Shown piece after piece: positions 35,706 to 44,592 of a stretch of DNA of 64,000 bases (positions are counted from its first letter, which is position 1; each line of letters opens with the position of its first letter). The translations under genes and the position numbers were made by a program. Origin of the DNA: Clostridia bacterium (lineage in GTDB: Bacteria; Bacillota; Clostridia; UMGS1883; UMGS1540); NCBI GenBank assembly GCA_017442155.1, contig JAFSAU010000004.1, positions 404 to 64,403 of the forward strand. The letters are read 5' to 3'. Below the pieces are notes generated by a model that did no database searches, was not told where the DNA came from, and saw nothing but the letters and a program-made list of their open reading frames with translations.

Positions 35706-36725
35706 ATGGAAAAGACAAAAACGTGTATTCAAAGCTACATGGAAACCGGTCATTTAAACAATGTAGCGATACGAATCGGAAAAAACAATAAGGTATTGTC
35801 TGAAATTTTTGTATCGAGAGAAAAAAAGCTTTCCGGCACCACACTTTTCGATATGGCTTCTGTTACCAAAGTAATGGTAACTGCCATACTTTGTTTGATA
35901 GCTATTGATGAAAAGAGGATTACGCTTGAGGATTCAGTAAGCAAGTTTTTTGATGCAGATGAAGAAAAACAAAAGATAACAATAAAGAATTTGCTCACGC
36001 ATACCATGGGTATCGGCTATAAATTGTTGCATTATGAAGGCTGCAATTATGAAAACGTTCAGGATTTTGTGCTCAAAATTCCTGCAGATGTGCCTATAGG
36101 AACTGAAACTTTATATAGTTGCCCCGGGTATATTCTTCTGGGGAAAATACTGGAAAAGGTATTTGGAAAAAGATTGGATATACTTTTTTTTGAAAAAATT
36201 TCAAAACCACTTGGAATGTGCCTTACGGGATTTTGTCCTACTAAGGGACATGATTTTGTAAATAGCAATCCTTTGCCGGAAGAAGCCGGAATCGTCAATG
36301 ATTATAACTGCAGATTTCTGGGGGGAGTAGCCGGAAATGCCGGGCTGTTTTCCTGCATGGATGATGTCGAAAAATACGCCAGAATGCTTTTGCGTTTTGG
36401 GTCTCCATTGCTGTACAAAGAAACATTTGAAATGGCAACGCGGAATTATACAGAGAATATGCAGGAATCGAGAACGCTGGGGTTTATTTATGTGGACGAG
36501 AAGTATGCACAGACAGGTAAACTTTTCTCAAAAGGCAGTATTGGACATTGCGGTCATACCGGGCAGTCGCTTTTTGTAGATCTGAAAAAAGGACTGTATG
36601 TTATTATTTTATCGGATGCCTCGGTTTCTGTTGGGAAAAAATATGGAGGCGGACACTACGATATCGTTAAGAAAATGAGAGAAAATATACATAACGCAAT
36701 ACAAAGCGATTTAGTATGCATGTGA
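35706..36725 (+). CDS. serine hydrolase (beta-lactamase / class C esterase fold)
   Basis: 339 aa. FDMASVTKVM contains the S-x-x-K nucleophile motif. HCGHTGQSLFV near the C-terminus matches the K/H-T-G box region. No signal peptide. Confidence 0.7.
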   Translation: MEKTKTCIQSYMETGHLNNVAIRIGKNNKVLSEIFVSREKKLSGTTLFDMASVTKVMVTAILCLIAIDEKRITLEDSVSKFFDADEEKQKITIKNLLTHTMGIGYKLLHYEGCNYENVQDFVLKIPADVPIGTETLYSCPGYILLGKILEKVFGKRLDILFFEKISKPLGMCLTGFCPTKGHDFVNSNPLPEEAGIVNDYNCRFLGGVAGNAGLFSCMDDVEKYARMLLRFGSPLLYKETFEMATRNYTENMQESRTLGFIYVDEKYAQTGKLFSKGSIGHCGHTGQSLFVDLKKGLYVIILSDASVSVGKKYGGGHYDIVKKMRENIHNAIQSDLVCM

Positions 36726-36764
36726 TTTTTTGCAGAGCAAAAGAAAGCAGAAGGAGATGTGGAT

Positions 36765-39017
36765 ATGAAAATTCTGAGACCGGCAGGCGGTCATGTGGCA
36801 TATCAGCGTGCCGCGGAGATTTTTCGGGATATTTATGCTGAAATTACAGGCAAAACGCCGGAAATTATCACGGAGGATGATGGCGGTGATGCCGTTATCA
36901 TCGGCAGCGATGCGGTAAACCGGCTGGCGGCAGATCTGTATCTGGAAGGGAAGATACACTTTTCCCTTCGTCAGGGCAGTGATGACTATGATATTTTCTC
37001 ACTGCAGGACGGAAAAAGAAGTCTCTTAGTTCTGGCCGGCGGGAGAGGCCGCTCCACCGTGTATGCCGTATACAGATATTTTGAGCTGTTCTGCGGCTGC
37101 AGATGGTTCTGGGACGGAGATATAGTACCGAAAGCGGACAAAGTTCCGATGGAGAACGTCGCCGTTTCGGAAAGTCCGCGGTTTGCCTACAGAGGCACCC
37201 GGTATTTTGCGCACAGAAGTCTGCATCGTTTTCAGGCAGAACACTGGGGACCCGAGGACTGGAAAACAGAAATAGATTGGCTGATGAAAAAACGGCTGAA
37301 TCTGTTCATGCTCCGTATCGGCGACGATGACCTGTATCAAAGGGCTTTCCCTGATGTGGTGGACTATCCCCCGGAGGAAGGAAAGCACCGCGGTGATGCA
37401 GATGGATATAACGACCGCACAACGGCATGGCCGCTCCGGTATCGCGGAGAGCTGCGGAAGAAGGTGCTGGAATACGCATTTTCCATGGATCTTATGCATC
37501 CGGAGGATTGCGGCACCATGACCCACTGGTATTCGAGAACGCCTCTTTCGTTTCTGGAAGCCAAAAAGCCGAAGCTTCTTTCCCAGGCAACACGGGGCTA
37601 CAGCGAGCAAAGCGGACTTGTTTGGGATGTGCGCGAGGATGAAAATCTGGATAATTACTTTAAGCTTACCGAAACCCATATCCGGGAATTCGGTAGGCCG
37701 GAGCTGTTTCATACCATCGGCCTTGCCGAACGAGCGTATTCCGATGACCCGGAAGCCAACTTCCGCATGAAACAGTATGTGTACCACCGGATTACAGAGC
37801 GGCTTGCCACCGAATATCCAAATGCACCGCTTCTGATTGCCAGTTGGGATTTGTGGGCGAAATATACGCCGGAGGAAGTGGCGGCTCTTTTAAAAACCTT
37901 TGACCCCGACCGGACAATTTTGCTGGACTATACCTCGGATGCCCTCCGGGATAATACGTTCCCGAGCTGGGATGTAATTGGAAAATTCCCCTGGATTTTC
38001 GGCATATTCCACGCGTATCAGGCCGATACGGAAATCCGGGGACACTATCCGTCCATTGAAGCGCGGATGAAGATGGCGGCAGAGGACGAAAAATGCTGTG
38101 GATTTATTCTGTGGCCCGAGCTTTCTCACGGCGACACCTTCATGACAGAGTACATGGCGGCAAACGCCTGGTCACCGCTGGAATATACGGCAGAAGAACG
38201 GCTGGAAAAATTCTGCGCAGACCGGTATGGCGAGAATAAAGCGGAAATGCACAGAATATGGAAGCAGTTCTGGCCCTTTATAACCATGGTGGGCTGGGAC
38301 ATGGGTGACCCTGAAGAAAAGAAAAGAGTATTTACCCATAAAGATATTTGCGGTGATATTCTGTTTTACATGAAGCTGCATCCGCAGACGGAAAGCATTG
38401 TGGATGCGGCGAAAAAGTGCAGGGCATGGGCGAAGGATGCGGCGGCGGTTGTCCGCGGTCTGCTAACTTTTGCAGATACGGAAAATGGCTTTTTGCGGCG
38501 TGATATTTTCGATATCGTCCGAACAATCGTGAAGCGGTATAAGCAGAATGGACTTCGCGAGGTGGAAAGGCTGTATCTGGCCGGAGAGGATTTTGAGGGA
38601 CAGGCACAGCGATGCCTCAGGCTTACGGACCTTCTGGCAGAGCTTCTTGGACAAAGCGAGGATTTCTCCCTTGCAAAGTCGTATGCGCGGCTACAGAAAA
38701 TACATCCGGTAAATCCGGCGTTTGAAAATACGCTGAAGGAAAATGCGTCTGCCCAGTATTGCCGTTCGCAGATTTATGAGAATATAAAGTATCTGTATCG
38801 GTACGAAGAGGAGCTTTGCTTTGAAATGCTTCGACGGAGCCGGGCAGAAGGCATTCATCCGGACGCTGTCCGGCAGGAGTATGTTGATAAAGCGCTGGAG
38901 AATCAGAAGCAGTTTGTTGCCGCACCCTTCGCCTCTATGGAGACGCCGGAATATCCGGCCGGGTCGCTGGCGGTAACCCTTGAGAAAATAGCACAATTTT
39001 TAGAAGAAGAAGCATAA
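36765..39017 (+). CDS. GH89 family alpha-N-acetylglucosaminidase-like protein, no signal peptide
   Basis: ATG 36765 lies 8 nt after AAGGAG. VYAVYRYFELFCGCRWFWDGD matches the NAGLU N-domain block (YLKYYC-C-SW-GD). WGPEDWKTEIDWLMKKRLNLFML matches the W-W-EIDWMA-GIN block at the barrel start. 750 aa. Confidence 0.65.
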   Translation: MKILRPAGGHVAYQRAAEIFRDIYAEITGKTPEIITEDDGGDAVIIGSDAVNRLAADLYLEGKIHFSLRQGSDDYDIFSLQDGKRSLLVLAGGRGRSTVYAVYRYFELFCGCRWFWDGDIVPKADKVPMENVAVSESPRFAYRGTRYFAHRSLHRFQAEHWGPEDWKTEIDWLMKKRLNLFMLRIGDDDLYQRAFPDVVDYPPEEGKHRGDADGYNDRTTAWPLRYRGELRKKVLEYAFSMDLMHPEDCGTMTHWYSRTPLSFLEAKKPKLLSQATRGYSEQSGLVWDVREDENLDNYFKLTETHIREFGRPELFHTIGLAERAYSDDPEANFRMKQYVYHRITERLATEYPNAPLLIASWDLWAKYTPEEVAALLKTFDPDRTILLDYTSDALRDNTFPSWDVIGKFPWIFGIFHAYQADTEIRGHYPSIEARMKMAAEDEKCCGFILWPELSHGDTFMTEYMAANAWSPLEYTAEERLEKFCADRYGENKAEMHRIWKQFWPFITMVGWDMGDPEEKKRVFTHKDICGDILFYMKLHPQTESIVDAAKKCRAWAKDAAAVVRGLLTFADTENGFLRRDIFDIVRTIVKRYKQNGLREVERLYLAGEDFEGQAQRCLRLTDLLAELLGQSEDFSLAKSYARLQKIHPVNPAFENTLKENASAQYCRSQIYENIKYLYRYEEELCFEMLRRSRAEGIHPDAVRQEYVDKALENQKQFVAAPFASMETPEYPAGSLAVTLEKIAQFLEEEA

Positions 39018-39063
39018 AAAGTATGGAGCTGTAAAATGATTTTTACAGCTCCATACTTTTTAT
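39017..39063 (+). terminator. rho-independent terminator
   Basis: AAAAGTATGGAGCTGTAAAA-TGA-TTTTACAGCTCCATACTTTT, a 20-bp stem, followed by TAT. Confidence 0.8.
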
Positions 39064-39156
39064 TACATAGGAAATTGCGTTAGCAATTGCTTGTAACAAG
39101 AAAATTCACCTTGAAAAAGTGAGCGAAGCGAACACTTATTGACGAAGTCAATTTTG

Positions 39157-40008
39157 TTATATCTCATTATTTTTCTGCTTCAGGGTTTCCCGGGGCGAAG
39201 TCCCCGTTTTATTGACGTACACACGGTAGAAATTGGAATAATTATCAAATCCGGCTCTTGAGGCGGCTTCGCCGATATCCATGCCGTCCCGACAGAATGT
39301 TTTTACTAAAATGAGCCGTTTGTTGGCTATGTAGTCTTTAATGGTAAAACCCGTGTTTTCCTTGAAAATACGGCACAAATGACATTTGGAAATATAAAAA
39401 GCACCTGCAATTTCATCAAGTGTTAGAGGCTCCGTCAGCCGTTCGTTGATATACAGGAGAATTTTCGTAATCGTTTCGTTGGATTTGGCCAGACGGCTGT
39501 CCGGACGAACGCGGCTTAAAACATAGAGAAGCTCCACCAAAACTGCCTCAATCACCGTGTCATTGGCAGGATTTTCCGAAATATATTGTTCCATGCGCCG
39601 CAGAATAGACGAAACACCTGCATTTTCAGCGGAATACGCCGGAATCAGGTTGTGGACGCCGGGGGCACGGTCCGTAAATGCCTTCTGACAGTCTGTAAGA
39701 CCGTACTTTTCAAAAAAAGAGTGCGAGACATGCAGAACAATCCGTTCGTATAGGGTTTCCTTCAGCGAGTGTAAATTATGCAGTTCGTTTTCGTTAATTA
39801 CCACAATATCATTCGGCGAGACACGGTAGGTGCTTTGTTCGATCAGAAATTCAATTTTTCCGCGCAATAAAAAGAAAATTTCGATACCATTGTGAGCCTG
39901 GGGTGTGAACTCGACTTCCCGTGCAGTGGAATTGACGGAATGGGCGTACCGGTAGGTCTGGTTAATTCCCTTTTTTTCAGTAAGAATTTTCAGAGTAGGC
40001 TGTGGCAT
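39157..40008 (-). CDS. AraC-family transcriptional regulator (cupin + HTH), module B, divergent
   Basis: ATG 40008 lies 6 nt after GAGGTG and gives MPQPTLKIL. It has a cupin-like N-terminal domain and a C-terminal HTH (LTLDEIAGAFYISKCHLCRIFK...GTSPRE). Confidence 0.8.
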   Translation of the reverse strand: MPQPTLKILTEKKGINQTYRYAHSVNSTAREVEFTPQAHNGIEIFFLLRGKIEFLIEQSTYRVSPNDIVVINENELHNLHSLKETLYERIVLHVSHSFFEKYGLTDCQKAFTDRAPGVHNLIPAYSAENAGVSSILRRMEQYISENPANDTVIEAVLVELLYVLSRVRPDSRLAKSNETITKILLYINERLTEPLTLDEIAGAFYISKCHLCRIFKENTGFTIKDYIANKRLILVKTFCRDGMDIGEAASRAGFDNYSNFYRVYVNKTGTSPRETLKQKNNEI

Positions 40009-40076
40009 ATGTATCACCTCAAATAGTAGTATACATCAAAATATCAATAAATGCAATGTTTTTGCAAAAAATGATG

Positions 40077-40105
40077 TAGAAGTTATGAAAGATTTATGTT
40101 ATACT
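40077..40105 (+). promoter_or_regulatory. candidate activator-dependent promoter of the module B operon
   Basis: Extended -10 TGTTATACT (40097-40105) with a poor -35 (TAGAAG, 40077-40082). The 11-mer TATGTTATACT (40095-40105) is identical to 30759-30769 in the AraR-like gene promoter. Confidence 0.35.
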
Positions 40106-40218
40106 GAATATTGTGATGGGAGAATTGTCGGATTTCCGACGGGCTTTCAAACCGATTTTGTGCAAATGCTTCAAAAGAAAGAAGCTTGCAAATAAAAAAC
40201 AGAAAAGGAGAATGACAC

Positions 40219-41766
40219 ATGAAAAACGCAAAGAAACTTATGGGATTGGTACTGACAGTAATGATGCTGGCCTCGCTGGCGGTTGTTCCGGCAGTACGGG
40301 CAGAAGAAGGAGAAACGGCGACAGGTACAGAATTGATTGTCAACGGCGGTTTTGAGCCGGAAGAGGGAACGGAAGTGACCTCTACCACCTGGTTTGAAAA
40401 CTGGGAGTATAATGCAAACGCATCAGCCACCACTTCTGGCAAAGCATATAACTGTAATAATACAGTGCTTGGAACGGATGTATTTCTGACCGGCAGTGAG
40501 AAGCATAGTGGTTCATATGCACTTGCAGCAAAATTCAGCGGAGGAGCAGACCATAGAAGAATCTGGACGCTGGTGCAAGGCCTTGAGGCAGGGAAATGGT
40601 ATCAGGCTTCTGCGTGGGTAAAAATCAGTGGAACAGAAATTGACAAAACAACGATTTCATCACCATATAAGGGTGTAGCACTTCGTGTCAACAAGGGAAA
40701 CATGGCAACAACAACGTATGGAAATACCAGCTATGTATTGGGACGAACTTCTGCATCATCTGCCTATAACAATATAATTTCCACAAAAGGAGAATGGGCC
40801 AGAATCGGCGTGAATTTCATGGCTGCGAGCGATAAAGCTACGGTGATGCTCAACATGGGTGATGGTGCGGAAGGCGCGGTTGCATACTGGGATGATGTTG
40901 CTGTTGTGGAATTAACGGACTTTAACGGCGATTTTGAGACAACGGAGGGTGCCGGTCTTTTAGGCTGGAACAGCGGATATTCCGATAATAATGCACTGGT
41001 GGGCTACGAAGCCGTTGCAGTGCAGGAAGACGGGTGCGGCGGAACGGCTGCTCTGAAGCTTGTGGGAGACAGCGAAACCGGTGATGTAAAGCGCGTTTAT
41101 ACAGTGCTTACGGGACTGGAAGCCGGAAAAAGATATGGTATTCGTATACGGCACAAGGCAACAAGCACAAGAATGACGGAAGGCGATGAACCGACCGCTG
41201 CTACGGCAATCGGAAGCAATCCGAAAATGCATGTGGTAGACAATAAAGAAACACCTGCTGACAGTACTGCCTGGCTTTGTATCTCCAATATGTCAAAGGC
41301 AGTAAATACATGGAAAACCAGTGAGGGAACATTTTTGGTTCCGGCAGTGGAAGAAGGCGAGGATACAACGGCGCATACGTTTATCACACTGAGCTGTAAG
41401 CTCCTGGCTGGTGAAGCAGTTTTCTTTGACGATATAGAAGTATTTGAAACAAATGTAAAATACTATAATAGTGATGACGAAGAACTGAAAAATGTAACAG
41501 CCGGTACCATTAAAGCGGTAGCTGAATTTGTTAACCCGAAAGCAGAAGCGACAGATGCTACATTGGTTGTGGCGGTATATAAATCGGTAAATGGTGCAAA
41601 GCAGCTGAAAAGCATTGACATTAAGGTTATGGAAGATGTGGCGGTAAAGGCAATAGGAACAGCTACGGGTACGGTGACAGCAGAAGCCGGCGATACGGTG
41701 AAAGCGATGCTTTTAGACAGCACTGCAGCACTGACACCGATAACAAGCCCGTTTATTCTGGAGTAA
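40219..41766 (+). CDS. secreted CBM-only protein (module B, gene 1)
   Basis: RBS AAAGGAGA. Signal peptide MKNAKKLMGLVLTVMMLASLAVVPAVRA. Two CBM4/9/22-like modules (LIVNGGFE...YWDDVAVVE; FNGDFE...FFDDIEVFE). The C-terminal roughly 85 aa end VKAMLLDSTAALTPI. 515 aa. Confidence 0.7.
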   Translation: MKNAKKLMGLVLTVMMLASLAVVPAVRAEEGETATGTELIVNGGFEPEEGTEVTSTTWFENWEYNANASATTSGKAYNCNNTVLGTDVFLTGSEKHSGSYALAAKFSGGADHRRIWTLVQGLEAGKWYQASAWVKISGTEIDKTTISSPYKGVALRVNKGNMATTTYGNTSYVLGRTSASSAYNNIISTKGEWARIGVNFMAASDKATVMLNMGDGAEGAVAYWDDVAVVELTDFNGDFETTEGAGLLGWNSGYSDNNALVGYEAVAVQEDGCGGTAALKLVGDSETGDVKRVYTVLTGLEAGKRYGIRIRHKATSTRMTEGDEPTAATAIGSNPKMHVVDNKETPADSTAWLCISNMSKAVNTWKTSEGTFLVPAVEEGEDTTAHTFITLSCKLLAGEAVFFDDIEVFETNVKYYNSDDEELKNVTAGTIKAVAEFVNPKAEATDATLVVAVYKSVNGAKQLKSIDIKVMEDVAVKAIGTATGTVTAEAGDTVKAMLLDSTAALTPITSPFILE

Positions 41767-41772
41767 CCGAAC

Positions 41773-44592
41773 ATGAAAATCGGGCGAAAAATAGGTAGCT
41801 TTTGCATGGCACTTTTGCTGCTGACGGGGGCAGGGCTTTCCCTGCCCGCACAGTCGGCAGAATCGGAGACCTACCTCTGGCCCCGGGGCATCGGGGCCGG
41901 AGGCAGTACGGAAGCGTACATCACCCGGAAGGGCGAACACGCGGAAGCCACCCGGGAGGAAGTGCACAGCGGCAATTACGCGGTTAAGGTATGGAACAAG
42001 AACACAAACCGTACCCGCATATGGGCCGAGGCAGAGGGACTGACAACGGGGAGGACGTATACGGCCACAGTATTTGTAAAGTTTGCGGCCGGTACCTTTA
42101 CGCAGAATCGCGGCGTATATTTATATGCGATGGCAGACCATACAAAGGGTGCATCCCTGTCAATAAAAAGCAAATTCTGCAAAAGTGCGGCAGACTGGAC
42201 ACAGCTTTCTGTCACGTTTACCCTGCCGGAAAACAGCGGCCGCGTAACCCTTTGCATGGATGCCCAGCCCATAGAAAACGGATATGCCGTATACTGGGAC
42301 GACCTGACGCTTTCTGGCTATAGCGGAGACTTAAATGGTGGATTTGAAACGGTGGACGAATGGGAGTATATCCGGGAGGACGAGACGGTTATGCCCGAGG
42401 ATGGAGAGAGTATACTCCCGAACGGAAATTTTGAGTCGGATTGTAAAACAGCGGGAACGGCTTCGCGTTGGACGGCCTATAAAGGCTGGTCGGATTCCAA
42501 TTCCTTTGTCACGATTTCCGATTCGGTTTTCCGCGCGGAAGATACCGGTTTGTCTACGGGACATTCCCTCCGGCTTTCCGCTAAGGAGGCGGACGGGGAT
42601 GCGAATCCCTGGTGCAGTAAGATGCTGTCGGTGACGCCGCTTACCGAATATGTGGTTTCTGCCTATGTACGCGCGGATGCTTTAGTAGGGGATGCGAGGG
42701 CAAGAATCAAGTTTGAATGTTACACGGAGCCGAGGGGCAGCAGTGCAAAGGCCGGCGCGGATTTTAATTCGGAGGAGATTGGCGCGGTAACAAACGGAGA
42801 ATGGGTACAGCTCATCCAGACCTTTTATACCCGTGAAAACTGCTACGGCGTAGCGGTAATGCCCCGGCTGTACGGTGCAGGGGAAGTGTACTTCGACGAT
42901 ATTGCGGTAAAGCAGAAGAGTGCGCGGGCACAGTTCCATTTTTCGACGGACGGGGTGTATTATTACACGGATATGTCCCGGGGCGTGGCTACTGCCACGG
43001 CACTGCGTGACCTTTCTTATGCGGGCAAAACCGTTTCCTTCAGTCTTTCTGCAAACGGTGAAATAGTGCAAAAAGCGGAAAACGTGCCCTTTACAGACGG
43101 AAAAGCAGAATTTACCTATTCGCTGACAGCACTCAGAAAGAACACGCCGTATACACTCACGGCAGTGCTTCTAAGCGGCACCGCAGAAGTAGACCGGCAG
43201 GAAACGGAAATTTACAGGATGGAACGCCCCGCCTATCTCCGGAAGGACGGGGTATATTTGAAAAACAGGGAGACACCGTTTTACCCCGTAATCGCATATC
43301 ACGTCTCCCGTGAGGATTACGGGAAAATGCCGGAAGCCGGTATCAATGTGGTGCAGGCCACCTTTACAGATTATACGGCCCTTCGGAATTCTCTGGATGC
43401 GGCGGAAAAAGAGGGAATCATGGTGCTGGCGGCACTGTATTCCGGGATGGAAATGCCAACCTCTCCCGGGAAATATGATATTTCCTATGAAGCCATTACC
43501 CGCCTCCGGAAGCATCCGGCACTGTATGGCTGGATGGTGATGGATGAGCCGTTTGCGAATTATCCGCACCACGAGGCGGAAAAGGGCCTTCGGGAAGCAT
43601 ATCTTTTCATACGCAGTCTTGACCCGGACCATCCGGTGTATGTGCTGGACAACCAGGCAATCACCTTTAGCGTTACGGCAAAATACGCGGATATACTGGC
43701 AACGGACCCGTATACGGCCGCAAAGCACGACCGTGCAAATTACGTATACAACCAGATGGCGGCGGCAAAAGAGGCGGCAGGCGATAAACCGACCTATGCG
43801 ATTTTGCAGGCGTTTCGCTACAGCGGTGTATTTCCTACCGGAGCGGAGCTTCGCTCGGCCATTTATCAGGCCTTTATGGCAGATGCATCGGCGGTAGGGT
43901 ATTACGCCATTGGGGATGCGGATGGAGCACTGGAGCTGTATGATACGCCGCTCTGGGAAAGCATGTGTTCTTATGTAGAACCCGATTTTAAGGTCCTCTA
44001 TGAAGGAACGGGCGGCGAGACGGAGAGCGGTACGGGGTACCGCATGAAACCGTACACGCTAAATGGTGTTACGTATCTTGCGGTACAGAATACAAAGAGT
44101 ACCGCGGCAGACGTGGGCTATACCTATGCGGAAACCGTGGCGGCACTTCCGGCTATGGGGGCATCGGAGGGAGAATGCATCCATACGGGAACGGTATATA
44201 CAGCGGACGAAGGGGCTCTTTCTGTACCGCTCCAGGCGTGCGGCACGGGTCTGTATGCATTGTATACGGGTGAGGAGGAAGCCGCTGTTTTGTGCAGACA
44301 AAACGGAAAGCTGACATTTTCACCGGGTACAGGCAGTATGGAACTGGAGTTCCGCTATAAAAACAGCGGAACGCAGCAGGAGGAATATGCCTTTTATCTT
44401 GCGACATATGCGGATGGAGAAAAAGGAAAAGAACTGATAGACCTTGCAAGCACAAAGCACACAGTTGCTTCCGGCGAAACCGTCCGGGAAAGGTTTCCGG
44501 CAGAATGCGGAAGCGGCCAGACGGTATGTGCTATGTTCTGGAAAGCAGGCCTTGTGCCGCAGATGAAGACATTTTATAATGGAGGTTTATGA
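41773..44592 (+). CDS. secreted CBM-CBM-barrel protein without SLH (module B, gene 2)
   Basis: Signal peptide MKIGRKIGSFCMALLLLTGAGLSLPAQSA. Barrel motifs are PVIAYH, GINVVQ, MDEPFAN, TDPYTA, ILQAFRY and GYYAI. The C-terminus ends VCAMFWKAGLVPQ. 939 aa. Confidence 0.75.
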   Translation: MKIGRKIGSFCMALLLLTGAGLSLPAQSAESETYLWPRGIGAGGSTEAYITRKGEHAEATREEVHSGNYAVKVWNKNTNRTRIWAEAEGLTTGRTYTATVFVKFAAGTFTQNRGVYLYAMADHTKGASLSIKSKFCKSAADWTQLSVTFTLPENSGRVTLCMDAQPIENGYAVYWDDLTLSGYSGDLNGGFETVDEWEYIREDETVMPEDGESILPNGNFESDCKTAGTASRWTAYKGWSDSNSFVTISDSVFRAEDTGLSTGHSLRLSAKEADGDANPWCSKMLSVTPLTEYVVSAYVRADALVGDARARIKFECYTEPRGSSAKAGADFNSEEIGAVTNGEWVQLIQTFYTRENCYGVAVMPRLYGAGEVYFDDIAVKQKSARAQFHFSTDGVYYYTDMSRGVATATALRDLSYAGKTVSFSLSANGEIVQKAENVPFTDGKAEFTYSLTALRKNTPYTLTAVLLSGTAEVDRQETEIYRMERPAYLRKDGVYLKNRETPFYPVIAYHVSREDYGKMPEAGINVVQATFTDYTALRNSLDAAEKEGIMVLAALYSGMEMPTSPGKYDISYEAITRLRKHPALYGWMVMDEPFANYPHHEAEKGLREAYLFIRSLDPDHPVYVLDNQAITFSVTAKYADILATDPYTAAKHDRANYVYNQMAAAKEAAGDKPTYAILQAFRYSGVFPTGAELRSAIYQAFMADASAVGYYAIGDADGALELYDTPLWESMCSYVEPDFKVLYEGTGGETESGTGYRMKPYTLNGVTYLAVQNTKSTAADVGYTYAETVAALPAMGASEGECIHTGTVYTADEGALSVPLQACGTGLYALYTGEEEAAVLCRQNGKLTFSPGTGSMELEFRYKNSGTQQEEYAFYLATYADGEKGKELIDLASTKHTVASGETVRERFPAECGSGQTVCAMFWKAGLVPQMKTFYNGGL

